Assembly (NCBI RefSeq): GCF_006345805.1
Contig: NC_043012.1
Location: 52,948,001-53,012,000, forward strand
Reading direction: 5' to 3'
Source of the DNA: Octopus sinensis
Lineage: Eukaryota
Length of the DNA stretch: 64,000 nucleotides
Shown piece after piece: positions 1-15,333 of the stretch. Each line of letters begins with the position of its first letter. The stretch's first letter is position 1. Position numbers and translations under genes: made by a program. The notes beneath the pieces were generated by a model that had not been told where the DNA came from, ran no database searches, and was given only the letters and a program-made list of their open reading frames with translations.

Positions 1-1138
1 ACATACAGAAGACAATTCATTGGCTGTGTAAGGAATTACAACCGTGTTTCGTGGTCTGCTACCACAACAGCTCCTTTATAGAAACCAGTTGGCTCAAGAC
101 ATCATCAGGAGGAACCACGTCCGGTTTCGAGCCCTACTCCTCTACCGTTTTGACGTGGCGGGGCCCCCCCTTTCAGAGGTGTCTTCAGCTCTGGTATTGG
201 GTTCTTTCTTCTGTTCCCTGGCCTCTTCGATGTATCGTCAGCGAGTTTCAGCCGGTGACTGACTGAATTGTCAAATTTTTCCCTTTAAATACCTGCCGCT
301 GGGCTCCAGCAGGCAGCCCCAGCAAGTTGTCACGAGACACTGTCTCACCTTAACGAACAGAATGAAAACTCCCTTGCTTGAAAAGCAGATATGGATTACG
401 GAAAAGTTAGGCATCCCTCAATAATATGTATTGATCTACCTCATGGTAGCATGAAAAACAGGAGATAAAATGAACAAATAAAAACACATCCACACATATT
501 TATCATTTAATGTGCACTGTATAAAGATACAAGCTACTTATTAAAAGGACTAGTATAACAAATATATGTGGTTGCCAGTTTACTCTGACTGCTGAGTTCT
601 TAGATGACTATACACACACATAATTGGCACATTTGATTTTGTGAATAAATGCCTAAGTGGCAATCTGGATAAGCTAGGGTTTCCGGGAAATAAAATCAAA
701 TAACTAATTCATATATTACAAATATAATCTGTAACTGGAAAAGAAAAATATGCAAGGCTTTTTTCTTGCTTTTGTTATCTACATTCCAATGACAGAACTT
801 TTACATCTCTCTTGGAAACAATGTCAGGTGCATGCTTTTAAGAAATAAGATTAAAAGCAATGAGTAATAGTTACTGAAGCATGAGAGTAAGTACTACATA
901 TTTTATTGAATGGGTAGGACTTCGAATTTTTGTTGGTAATTAATCCTCTATATAGCAAGTAATTGTCTGTGAAACTTCAAAATGACAGTGACCCTCTATT
1001 ACTGATGAATAACAATAATATTTATAATAATAACATACCCGTTGTGTGGCAACGTGGGCAAGTGTCTTCTACTGTAGCTTCGGGTCGACCAAAGCCTTGT
1101 GAGTGGTTTTGGTAGATGGAAGCTGAAAGAGGCCTATA

Positions 1139-1526
1139 GGCGCAGGTATGGCTGTGTGGTAAGAAACTTGCTTCCCAACCACATGGTTCCGGGTTCAGTC
1201 CCACTGCATGTGTCTTGGGCAAGTGTCTTCTACTGTAGCCTTTGGCCAACCAGAGCCATATGAGTGGATCTTGTAAACAGAAACTGAAAGAATCTCATCG
1301 TATATGTGTGTGTGTGTATTTGTGCATGTCCGTGTTTGTCCCCAAACCATTGCTTGACAACCGATGTTGGTGTGTTTACATCCCTGTAACTTAGCAGTTC
1401 AACAAAAGAACAGATAGATTAAGTACTAGGCTTACAAAGAATAAATCCTGGGGTCAATTTGCTCAACTAAGACGCTTCAAGGCAGTGCTGCAGCATGGCC
1501 ACAGTCAAATGGCTGAAACATAGTAC
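1139..1526 (+). mobile_element. tRNA-derived SINE family A (full length)
   Basis: A-box tggctgtgtggtaag, B-box ggttcagtccc, conserved body, internal TA/TG microsatellite, tail cagtcaaatg(a/g)ctgaaaca. A partial body copy lies directly upstream (1036-1135). Confidence 0.9.
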
Positions 1527-1578
1527 AAAAAAAAAGAATACAAATATATAATTGAGATATATATATGTATATAGTGGA

Positions 1579-1865
1579 GGTGCATGGCTCAGTGGTTAAG
1601 GTGTTGCACTCATGATTGCGAGATCGTGGTTTCAACTCCCAGACCAGGCGTTGTGTTGTGTTCTTGAGCAAATCACTTCATTCCACGTTGCTCTGCAATC
1701 ATTTCATCATCTGACATATGGTGCCCCTTGCAACTGTACAAGTAATGTCTATTTGATGGAGAGAGGGAACTTATGTGTACACAAACATTTGATCACTATA
1801 AACAAATTATCAGTGTGGTTGTTTGATAAAAACTTGTTGAACCCTTACATGTCGTCTAATGACAA
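1579..1865 (+). mobile_element. SINE family B variant
   Basis: Same head and central domain with a different 3' part. Related variants at about 18083-18420(+) and 52262-52558(-). Confidence 0.75.
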
Positions 1866-1874
1866 GAAAGTCTG

Positions 1875-1931
<57 letters not shown>

Positions 1932-2361
1932 CAATGTACATTTTAACACGCTATTCCTTCTAGCGTGCCAGGTATCCCATGATAGATACCTCTTATGTGT
2001 TTAAATGTATACTGTATTTATGACTAATTTTTCTACACGCTAGGCCACTGGTAGTATAAATTTCTAAAATTTTTTGTTACCCTGATATTATAATTTATAT
2101 ATATATATAAGTACATCTTGTGTGTACAGTTAGATTCTATATCACTGTTACTGCTGAATCCAGAATTCCATGTACAGAATCATCATCCAGTCTACTCAGA
2201 ATATATTGGTGTAGTTACTAATGTACTTGACTGTATTACTGCATGTGATATATAGAGCAACATCCATAGAGAACAAGTGACATGAACTGCACCTTGTATT
2301 TCTCATGCGTGAGTGTGTGCGTGTGTGTGTGTGTGTGTGTATTTGCACATGGCAAATGCAC

Positions 2362-2747
2362 TCTTTACTTGTTTCAGTCATTTGACTACAGCCATGCTGG
2401 AGCACCGCCTTTAGTCGAGCAAATCGATCCCAGGACTTATTCTTTGTAAGCCTAGCACTTATTCTATCGGTCACTTTTGCTGAACTGCTAGGTTACAGGG
2501 ACGTAAACACACCAGCATCAGTTGTTAAGCAATGCTGGGGGGACAGACACAGAAACACACACACATATATATATATACATATACAATGGGCTTCTTTCAG
2601 TTTCCGTCTACCAAATCCACTCACAAGGCTTTGGTCAGCCCGAGGCTATAGTAGAGGACACTTGCCCAAGGCGCTACGCAGTGGGACTGAAACCCGGAAC
2701 CATGTGGTTGGTAAGCAGGCTACTTACCACACAGCCAATCCTGCGCC
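2362..2747 (-). mobile_element. SINE family A
   Basis: Full head, body and tail in reverse orientation. Confidence 0.9.
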
Positions 2748-2750
2748 TAT

Positions 2751-2782
<32 letters not shown>

Positions 2783-3151
2783 GCATGTATATACATATAT
2801 GCATGTACATGTATACACACACAAATATACATTTGTTTATATACATATATGAGTGTATGTAAGAAAAAAATAACTGCTGAAGAGTCAAACAAGTATAGAG
2901 GTGTTTATATTATTCCTCAATCAAAGAAAGAAACAGGACACAGTCAAAGTGAGAAGAGTTTTATGAATGTTCAAAATATATAAGAAATAGATAGACATGT
3001 ATACACAGACATTACCAAATAAAACTATAATATCACATATCTCATCACACATACATATCTGAGCAAGGACACATTTTTACGTGCGGTCTGTGTGTGTATT
3101 TGCATATGGCTGAGTTGAACACACCCACACACAGGCGATTATATATTATAT

Positions 3152-3190
<39 letters not shown>

Positions 3191-3475
3191 CAATGCCAAT
3201 ACAAACATCAGCAGGTAGACATGCCTAAACACATGCACACAAAGACACACACAGTGTTACTTAGCTGTTCAAACATATTCATGCACAAACATACATACGA
3301 AAAAGAAATGATGATGATGATGATAATAATATATGAAAACACGCATGGCACCAAAAGTGCTTCCAATAACCTTGATGTCTGCTAAAATAATAAAACCCTT
3401 CACATGCTGCAGAGAAAAAGGTGTGAAACACAAAATAAGAAACCATGATTAGCTGGGAGCGATGAATAATGTTAA

Positions 3476-3514
<39 letters not shown>

Positions 3515-3560
3515 TATCTATATATACATACATATCTATATATATATATATAGACACATA

Positions 3561-3598
<38 letters not shown>

Positions 3599-3672
3599 TA
3601 TCTATATATACATACATATTTATATATATATATATATATTAGACACATATCTATATATACATACATATATAA

Positions 3673-3730
<58 letters not shown>

Positions 3731-3739
3731 TATCTATAT

Positions 3740-3828
<89 letters not shown>

Positions 3829-5379
3829 TACAAGTAGACACATATCTATCTATCTCTATATATATATATACATATTCATGTACATACATATATAGAAATA
3901 CAGATACATACACATACATACACATACATACACACACATATATACACGCAAACATGCCAGACTCCAATAGAGATTTTATAAGAAACATTTTTATTTTTCT
4001 TATTTTGTTTATTGTACTGATATTGCTTTTTTTTGTTTTTTATGTGTATTTGGTATATCCATGTAGCAACTAACCATACTTTAGCAATACATTCCAAGAA
4101 CCAGGTTTGGGATTCTCAACAGGAGTATTTTGTTTTTGTTCCCTTCTCTATATCTCTTCCATTAGCGGTGCCCTGAGGGATAAGCAGAAATCTCACATTT
4201 TTTTTTCTCTCGTTCTTGTGAAAAACAAAAAACAAACCACCAAAAAGAAATGAAATAAAAACAGAAACCCTTAGTCCTTGTCATAATTTTTATGGGAAAC
4301 AAGTAAATGAACTAGTGTCGGTCAAACACACATTAGATTGGACATGTTTATTTATTACTGAAGGATATCTCTGGAGAAATTTGAACAAAGTGGTAGTAAG
4401 ACGCAAACTATGAAGAAAATAAAGGATATAAAATATACAAGTAAGGGAACTTGGCCTGGAAATGTACTCAGAATACATAAAAAAAAGGCACTCAAACCAG
4501 TACACAATTTTGTTTATGTACTTACGTATGTTGTGTGTGTGTGTGTGAACAAACACATAAATATATGTAATGAACTGTCCAGACCATGACTGTATGGATA
4601 CATTCCTAAAAGATATATCATTAAGCAAAATGATGCAGTTCTATACCAGATTATTATAATATTGTATAGAATCATAAGTTTTACAGATTATTTCTATCAG
4701 TGTTAAAAACACAAGCAAGTGTGACAGACATCAGCAAACGACAGAAGAATCCAGAGAGTCGTTATCACACCTTCTAAGCACTCGATAACTTTAGAAAAGC
4801 TCATACCATGTGACCTAAAGTTACGATAGAATCAACAACCGGGATTAATTAAGATTATAATCATTATAAAATTATAGCACTGGTTAAATTAATCATTTGT
4901 AATCACCAGAATACAAGACTACTTGCCGTTATTTCGTTTTGGGATTTGGTTTGCAAGATTCTTTATATGAGTTCGTGTGTTGAAGCATATTCTGTTGTGT
5001 CTGGGGAGAGTCATTTTCTTTTTGTGCCTTATAATATAACACACTCACCAGTAAAATTTCCACTTTTTTCTTATTTTTATTGAAAAGGTTGCAAGACACA
5101 ACAAAAATTTTAGGAAAATAAAAATAAGAAAAAAGTGGAAATTTTACCGGTGAATGTGTTATATTATAAGGCACAAAAAGAAAATGACTTTCCCTAGACA
5201 CAACAGAGTACTTGCCATTAATTTAACCAAATTCAGGCTGAATGAGGCTGTGGAATGTAGTTAGTCTTCATATACTGGTTGCTTTTTGAAGAATGTATCT
5301 GATGTCATCTAGCTTTTTTTGAGTCTACCCACATGAAGCAATTGACTTAAGCAGGGTATCATGTCTAGAACATCTCTCA

Positions 5380-5900
5380 TTGTCTTGTTATTCTGCTCCC
5401 GATCAGGGTGGTGCCCAGTAAACTTGGGCTATGATTTCCATAATCTTGGTGAGACTATTACTGAGGAATTCGGTCAGAGGAAATTTTTTGTGGTGCTAGA
5501 GGTTCTATAGTAAGGTCTTAAACATCAGTCTATCATCTGCTGTGCTTAATTCATGTAATTCTTCAATATATAAATTCTTACCACAAAACTCTATTACCTT
5601 CAGATCTTCCCCCTTCACTATTCAGCTCAACACTGTCATTAATGACGACATTTTGTAGGTATTGTTTCTTTATCAACACGTTTTGCAATCACTTCTTCCA
5701 AACACTGTTTTCTCAATTCTTAGGTCATCCAAAGATGATTTCATATTATCTACCTACGACCATTTTAAAAATGGTAGCTTTTCCAAAAGTATCTGACAGA
5801 TGTTTATCTTAGCTGACTGTCTCTTCAACATGTTTCAAAGTGTGAAGAAGATAGCAGGGTTTGGTATTAGAAATTATACCTTCGTCCTTGGGTCTGAGTA
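5380..5900 (-). mobile_element. Possible very old L1/Tx1-like LINE remnant
   Basis: Weak fragments (HVEETVS; LTEFLSNSLTKIMEIIAQV..GTTL) loosely resemble L1/Tx1 C-termini; heavily decayed. Confidence 0.25.
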
Positions 5901-6490
5901 AGGTCGTAGGGAATACCAAAGAAACTTTGTTTAAAGATGTTTTGAAACACTGATTCTATCCTGTGATATAAACTAACGAAGAGAGACATCTTCATAATTA
6001 TTCTGCCCTATTTGTTGATGCCTTTTCTTTTCTATATTTTGAAATAGCACCATTATTATTGTTGTCATGATTTTTTTTTTTGAAGCAAGTTTAAAGACAA
6101 ATGGTTTGGATATACAAGTCCAGATGCATTATGAGCAAACCCTAATGCCAAACCAGAAAATCAAATGGGACAGTAGACAAGAAAAATTACACTTTATTCC
6201 ACATATATATTACCAGATTTTTAAAGCATTTATTCAGAGGGAGAAGGGTAATGCAAATGGTCCTTAAATTTTTTTAGAGCTTTTGATACTCGTGGGGGGA
6301 AGCAACAAAGTTATATTAAAACAATGGCCTTATCAGAATGCTTGCACAAGGAACTCTACTAAAGGCACTCTAATCATTCTGTCAATTCACTGTTTCAGTG
6401 TATATATAAAAGAAGAATATACACAGAATCGGAAAGGAAGAAAGTTTTTTTATGGTTTTAAGGCTCAGTTCCACTTTGTGATACATTAGT

Positions 6491-6810
6491 GAAGTGTCTT
6501 CCCTTAGAGCCTCAAGCCAAACAATGCCTTGTGAGTAAATTGATAGAAGGGAACTGAGTAGAAACCTGCTGTATATAAATGTATAAATGTGTGTGTGTGT
6601 GTGTGTGTGTGTGTCTATGTTTTGTCTCCCAACCACTTTACATCCAGTGTTGGTTTGTTTATATCCATGTAACTTAGCAGTTGGGCAAAACAACCAACAG
6701 AATAAGTACCAGACTTAGAAAGAAAAGTACAGGGGTTGGATTTGTTTGACTAAACCCTTCACTGCAGTGCTCCAGGATGGCCAAAGCACAATAGCTGAAA
6801 CAAGTACAAA
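6491..6810 (+). mobile_element. SINE family A (headless, diverged)
   Basis: Body and tail motifs present; tRNA head absent. Confidence 0.75.
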
Positions 6811-7510
6811 TATAAAAGGGGAAAAAAGTACAACTCCCCAAAATGCAACAAGGCTACCAAAGAGACGAAGCTACAGGCTGTTTGAAATTTCCTTGTAATC
6901 TTGAGCAAATATGTATCATGCTTTATGGGACAAATGATTTGGGAAAATACTTGTGTCTTTGATTTTCATATTTACCATTAATATGCATGTCACATTTGTG
7001 ATAAGAAAATCCTTTGTGCTTAGGATCACACACAAAAACAAAAAATTGTTTTCTTAAATTAGAAATGTTGCAATTTTCTTTTATCAAATTCTATTGCAAG
7101 ATTTTAACTAAAATGTGTTTTTTTGTAAATTCTCAAATGCATATTAAAGTGGAATAGTTTTAATTAATCTCATGCAGTGTTTAATTGTTACAAAATACAG
7201 TTCTTATACTGGTGTGGTTTCAATCTAATGTTAAAACGCTACAATGGAATATTCATTGTTATTAAAATTCCATCTTGACTAACACCAGAAATTATGTAAA
7301 ATATCCTGCAGCGCACAAAACTGAACCTGGATCTCATAATAACAAACTCCACTAAATAACAATACGGCATAAAACAAGTCTACACACACACACAGAGAAA
7401 TGCAGAGTTTTATACATCTGTAAATAAACCATTACAAACAGACAAAAGCACAACTTACACATATACACATAAGCACACATACACAAACACATATACACAC
7501 AAAGTGTTTT

Positions 7511-7568
<58 letters not shown>

Positions 7569-8694
7569 TATGTATGTATATATTTATATGTATGTATGTA
7601 ATTGATATAAAGTTGGAGAGTAGACCTCATTACTGGAAAGAAGAGAAGCCTGATTGAACGAGACCGCCATTTATCCAATGTTGTTTATCAGGGTGCTGTG
7701 ACATCTTGTCGCATTAATTAGTACCAATGAAGATGTGTAATTAGCGTACAGCTCACTGCAAACTTGCCAATTGTCTCTAATTTCAGAGAAGTAGTTATTT
7801 GCAAAATACTCTGCAAACCGGTCAGGTTTGTAGCCGAGAAGAACACCGAAGCAATCATAAATTGCTCCATCAATGCTACGTAGGAAGAAGCGCTATAGAA
7901 GATTAATTACATAATGGCAAAATAATAGAGCAAAGAAGGCTGGTGATCTATCAGAATTCCACAAACGAAGCACAAGAGATTTCCAAATTCATAAATAAGA
8001 TTTTGCTCAGAGGTAAACTTTATTTAAGACACGCACATACAAACAGAATTACACACACACACAATCACATACACATACGTGCAAGCATATATATGCACAT
8101 GTGTGAGAGTGTATATGAACACGTAGAGGAAGAGACAGAGACACACATAGAGATTAATGCCAGCTAAGATTTATGTCACCAAGCTAGGAAGCTCTCATTT
8201 ATTTATCTATCTATTTATTCATCTCCATGCTTATCTAGTTCATACTATATCTAACCACTCTCTATCAATCTGTCAACCTATCTATCTATCTATTTATCTA
8301 CCTACAAACTAATCTCTCTCTCTCTCTTTCTATCTATCTGTCTATCTATATATCAATCTATCTCTGTTGTGTTATGCCTTTCTTTTTACCTCTTTCCATA
8401 ATGTGATTATCTACGCGCCGCCATCTAAGGATTCAGTGACTGTGTAAGCATTTAATTTGTATACTTTGTGCTTCTTTAATAAATCAGCATATTGTGTATA
8501 ATAAAGCATATTTTAATAGGGGGAGAGAGAAGGAGTGAAAGTGTGTGGTATGTGTGCATACATCCATGTGTGTGCACAAATGAAGCACTTGCAATCATTT
8601 CATTCAACAGGTATTAGCAGCAAACAAAGTATCATTGCAGCATTCACCAATCTATTTATACAAACATCTAGTTTATTAAAGCTGAAAAAATATC

Positions 8695-8965
8695 CACAAA
8701 CTGTTACTCAGAGTTTCATGTTACTGTTCACCAGACAGTTGTGAGCATACTAAAATAAAAAATTAACACCAGCTAAGAAGTTCTCATTTATTAATCTATC
8801 AATTTGATTTTTGTACGATCACAACTGTCCAACAAACAGTAATATGAAACTGAATAACAACAGTTTATGAAGATGACTTTGGCTTTAATAATAAGTATAT
8901 TACTCTACCTTTGGTATTTGAGTACTAATCTTTTATCACCTTGTTTTGCATCTATGAGCTTTTTT
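8695..8965. mobile_element. Older copy of the same hammerhead fold-back family
   Basis: Minus motif 8695-8743: CACAACTGT-CTGGTGA-ACAGTAACAT-GAAACTCTGAGT-A-ACAGTTTGTG. Decayed plus motif 8820-8869, followed by tattactctacctttggtatttgagtact, which is shared with 17340 and with 19260-19330 in reverse complement. Confidence 0.55.
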
Positions 8966-9359
8966 GTGTATATAGATATCTACGTAGTTGTGTATATCTT
9001 CATTGTTTTACACCTGTTTTTCATGCTGGCATGGGTTGCACACTTCACCTCAGTAAAAGTCAGCACATATTTGAGGTGTGCTCTTCACCTAGAAGGGTCA
9101 AAGAGACTTACAATTTAAAAAAAAAATTTGGCTTGATTCCTACAGCATTATGCCCTTCCTAACACCAACCACTTTGCAGAGACAACTGAGTGTTTTCTCA
9201 TGGTGCCAGCAATGGGAGAAGTAATAATGTCTTTGACACAATTAAAGGAACTTCACAGACCTTCATCACAGCTTGACTGGTAGCTTCTTTGCTGGGTAGG
9301 AGGCAACAAATAATAATTATGAAAAGAAAGACACGTGATAGGAGAAATGTATAAGCAAC

Positions 9360-9600
9360 GGGGTGGCAAGCTGGCAGAAACGTTAGCACACCAGGCCTGG
9401 GTGAAATGCTTAGAGGTATTTCGTCTGCCGTTACATTGTGAGTTCAAACTCCACCAAGGTCGACTTTGCCATTCATCCTTTCGGGGTCGATTAATTAAGT
9501 ACCAGTTACGCACTGGGGTTGATGTAATAGACTTAAACCCTTTGTCTGTCCTTGTTTTTCCCCTCTACGTTTAGCCTCCTATGGGCAATAAAGAAATAAA
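9360..9600 (+). mobile_element. SINE family C, tail type 1
   Basis: Head ggcaagctggcagaaacgttagc; core gccattcatcctttcggggtcgat..aagtaccag; tail ccctttgtctgtccttg...gggcaataaagaaat. Confidence 0.9.
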
Positions 9601-10110
9601 TGTATAAGTAATGGGGAATGCATGATGGGGAATGAGTCTTGGGGTACTCAATGTTCTGAGATATGTCTGCACATTAAGGACAGCATGAGCAAGAGGGTAG
9701 GATGAAAAGAAGGAGATGTGAGACAAGAGATAGAGCCATGACAGATACTGAAAATGTGTGGGAGAGAAGAATCGATAGAGGGAGAAATGTAAAAAGGGTG
9801 AGTGAGTGAGTTAGAAAGAGTGAAAGAAAGATATGGACAAAAAAGAGAGGAACTATTACAGAGGGCTGAGAGAGAAGGTTGTGTGAGTGAGAAAAACACA
9901 GAAAGAGAAAAAGACAGAGAGAAGAGAGAAAGAAACAGAGAAAGACAAGTTTCTATAGAAGTTGAAAGAGAGAGGGAAAATGGGAGAGAAAGAGAGATGC
10001 TGATGTTTGATACTGTAGGTGTGTTCTATGGGTGAAAGCAAAAGAAAGCCAGCACAAAGAGAGGGGGAAAGCAGGTGAGAAAGAGACACTGATGTTTGAT
10101 ATTGTATGTA

Positions 10111-10145
<35 letters not shown>

Positions 10146-10749
10146 ATGCATGCAACATTTCACAATTGCCATTTATTTCAATCCCTCTTGTGAAGATATT
10201 CACGTAACTTTCACTCATTTTTTTTCATTTAATCCTCATTTAAATTTTCAAAAAAGTTTCCAAGAAAAATGTTCTCACTCTCTACAAGAGGAAACAGGGT
10301 AGATGTAGATGATCAGTATCCTACACTGAAGCAAAGATGAGTAGATGTAGCCACAGTAAGGTCACTAGAGACCTCTGTACAACGACAGAAAATACATGAA
10401 AATGACCAAAGGAGAGCTGCTACGTGCAGGGCCAATGAGTCACAATAGGCATGGGAAAAACGGTTAGAATAATTATGTCAACAAAATACAATCTACAGGA
10501 GCCAAGAGTCTAAAAAGGAAAGAGAAAAACGCTTAAAGGATGCGAGACAAAGACAAGCTGCAAGATTTGCCAATGAGGCAATAAGTTAGTGAAGATGAAA
10601 AAAAGAAAAAAACTCAGAGGAAACAGTTGCTGCAAGAATTCACCAATCCTCACAGGTAAGATGTAAGCATCTCCATCAAGATAGGCTGAATATGTTTGAC
10701 AAAAGAGTTGCACCTTTTAAGGGGTCTTGGAAAGATCCAAAACATCATT

Positions 10750-11510
10750 ATTCTATAGAGAAATTGATTGATATTGGAGCAATCTCAAAAGAGTGCATTT
10801 TGTATTAAAGGAAAGAAATGGTAAAGAAAGATCTCCACTGCATGCTGTGGTGGAGGAATGGTTGTTTTACCAACGTTTGGAACACCCCCAGATACTTTGA
10901 AGGTATTGCTTTTAGGAAATACACCATGGAGCATGCACTTATTGAAAAGCATTAGAAATAATAATTCTACTTTCCAAATGAGCTACTTTGATAGCAATAT
11001 TATAAGAGAAGGGAACATGAAGCCAACTTTTAAAGGTCAAGGTCACTAATACCATCGTATTGGGTCTTTGTTGCCAACTGAAGGCAAAAATCCTCAGCTT
11101 ATACAGCTATATTTTGTGGCAAATTACAAGGAGCAGGCTTTGCAATGGTAATTTAACCTTCCAAATTTGAAAGAAGACTTATTCTTTGATCTGGAAGATA
11201 TGTTGCATGCAAACAACAGCTACAACAAAAGTTTCAAGTATGCACTGGAATCTGCACTACCAACTGAATACAAGATAGATATCGATGCAGACAAAAAGCC
11301 TATTGCTGAGCACAGAGGCTGTTAAAATGCCTCTGTGCAAATGAAGTAGCAGCAATTACTACAGGCGATGAGTACGGGTAGAGAGATACTATTATTCAAG
11401 GAAGAGGAAATACAATTCAGGAGATAAATGCAACCTACCAATCATATGATGCACTCTAGTATCCATTAACCTGTGTATTTGGCCAAGATGGAAATCACTT
11501 TGGTATAAAA
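10750..11510 (+). mobile_element. Helitron Rep/helicase relic (N-terminal region), frameshifted
   Basis: Fragments CCGGG, VVLPTFGTPPDTLKVLL, IRNNNSTFQM, YHRIGSLLP, IDADKKPIAEHRG, NEVAA, SYDAL*YPL..FGQDG are characteristic of animal Helitron proteins. A basic low-complexity stretch from about 10400 may also belong to it. Confidence 0.9.
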
Positions 11511-12061
11511 AATAAAAAACAAGTATGTAATTCCCTCCAACATATGAGATAGAATTTTTCTCCCTTCATAAAAGTGGTAAATTTTGCATTTTTGTTTTTC
11601 ATTATCATTATTTTTCTTTCTTTTCTTTTTTTTTTGTATTATGAATTCAGAATTGATTTCCCTATTCAGAATTCAGAATTGATTTCCTTACTCAAGGAAA
11701 CAATGCACTATCTGGTCCAAGAATGAAGCTTATGGCCTCATGATTTTCAAGTAAATACTCTTGCCCACAAGGCCACATGTTTCATATTTTTAACAAAGCA
11801 AAATATAATTTGAGGTTACATTTGGCTTTTATGATTTTACAAGCCCTGAATCTTTTGGAATTCTAGGTTAAATTTTGCAGGAAGAATCAAATAAGGGAAA
11901 CCCTAAAGTTCGTGGAATTTTGACTACAGAATCCTCTATTTATGAAAGTCGTAAAGTATAACTCCCGATTTCAGGAAAGGCTTGTAATTCAGTGCTTATG
12001 AAATTATAAATTGAAAGAAAAATTCTATTCTAAAAATTTGAAAAACTAAAATCACAATATA

Positions 12062-12480
12062 CAGGTATATAGTAATTAAAATTATATTTAGAGGTAACTG
12101 GTGATATATTTTCTTGTCATTTGTTGCCCCTGGGTGGTTTCTTGTCTGCTGTTGCCCCTAATGGATTTCACTTTTGTACACAAACTGTACATAGAATACA
12201 ATGAACTGTCCTCAGCCAAAATGACTCAAAAGAGGCCATCAGCTGGAAGTAAACACAGTAATGCAAAGAAGAGTCATAAAGGGATTATACTGGACATTAA
12301 ACTCGATGTTCTACAAAGGCTAATCCATTAAATGCCAGACGTAATTTTCTCATAGATTTCATATGATGTTTAATATGGTACAGCTCCCAAGTGCGTAGAT
12401 TGATGTAATGTGCTAGTAAATATAATGGTGATTCAAGGAAAAGCTAAAAGTTTATTCATATTCATTCCCCAATGTATTTC
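12062..12480 (+). mobile_element. Tigger/pogo relic (transposase N-terminus)
   Basis: TA-CAGGTA start; MTQKRPSAGSK..AKKSHKGIILDIKLDVLQR (CENP-B/psq HTH-like), later VIQGKAKSLF. Confidence 0.6.
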
Positions 12481-12762
12481 TCTTCAAACGTTTTTATTTA
12501 TATACAGCCATATATGTTTAAAAATTATTATTTTCTGACATAAAAATGGTTGATTAATCATTGTTTTTTTGTTTGTTTGTTTTATTATTCTTTATTATTA
12601 TTTTGTTCCAGATGAAACATGTAGTGACACACCTCAATGTATAGCATGAAAGACAATAACAAAATACGTTTCTTATTGCAGAATTCCATGTATATCTCTG
12701 TGACATATTTAATGCCAACAGAGAGAATATATTTCTATATATATGTATCTATATATAAATAA

Positions 12763-12814
<52 letters not shown>

Positions 12815-13319
12815 TGAAATCGAACTGGTGAGCATGTAATTGATAAAGCATTAAAACAAAGATGACTCTCCCCAGACACAATAATATATATATTAATATA
12901 CACACACACATATATATATCATCATCATCGTTTAACGTCCGTTTTCCGTGCTAGCACGGGTTGGACAGTATATATATATATATATATACACACATATATA
13001 TGTATATGTATATAAATCTAATCCAGTCAGGAATATCAGAAAAATATTACATACATACATACATATCATCAACTTCATTTAGCATCCGTTGTCCATGCTG
13101 GCATGGGTTGGATGGTTTGGCCAAGGCTGGCAAGCTGGGAGGCTACGCCAGAATCTAGTCTCATTTGGCATGGTTTCTATGGGTGGTTGCCCTTCTTAAC
13201 ATCAACCACTCTGAGAGTGTAGTGGCTGCTTCTACATGCCACTAGCACAGGTGCCATATGCTTGACACCTGTATCTGCCGTGACGGCAATTTTACTTGGC
13301 TTGATATATATACACATAA

Positions 13320-13354
<35 letters not shown>

Positions 13355-13372
13355 CATGTGTGTGTATGTGTG

Positions 13373-13413
<41 letters not shown>

Positions 13414-14024
13414 TATATTATTATTTGATTGAACACCACACATCCATTTCCAAGTAAGTTTATCTTAATCTTTTTGATGCAACACTACTCTATACTGTTT
13501 ACTCCTCCATCGTTTTCTCTCTCATCCCTTCTCTAATTCCTTTTTTCTCTCCTTCACCATTTTCTATCTGTCTCTCTCTCTCCCCCTCTTTCTCTATTAC
13601 TCTCACTCATTTCTCATATGTGATTATCATCCATCTTTCTTTCCCTCACATGATCATCTTTCTTTTCTTGCAGGGCTGTCCTAAAGACTGGACGTATCCC
13701 ATCTCTCTCTTCTATCTTTTCTCTTGTCAAAGAAAATATTTCTCTATCATTCGCTATTTTACCCTTGTTCTGGTCTAATGACCCTCCAGGTTTGTTTTTG
13801 TTCAGTTTCCTTGTATGTCTCCACTATCCTGCTTTTGTGCCAAACTTTGACCCTCCATAAGTCCAAAATTTTATTTTGGTACTTATGGGAGCAACTGTCG
13901 TCAAATACTCATTTTGTCATTCTTTATGTTACTTGTCCTGTTTTCCATTTGTTTCTCTCGTTATTTGTGTATTGAACTCATTTGTTTTCATATTTCATGT
14001 TGCTTACTGTTGGTGATGTCCTGT

Positions 14025-15333
<1,309 letters not shown>

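Noticed and set aside
3279-3988. Many [12 protein letters not shown] ORFs here and across the window (e.g. 14170-15026, 42074-42686, 53962-54852, 61471-62134)
   Set aside because: These are translations of TA/CA/TG microsatellites, which lack stop codons in several frames.
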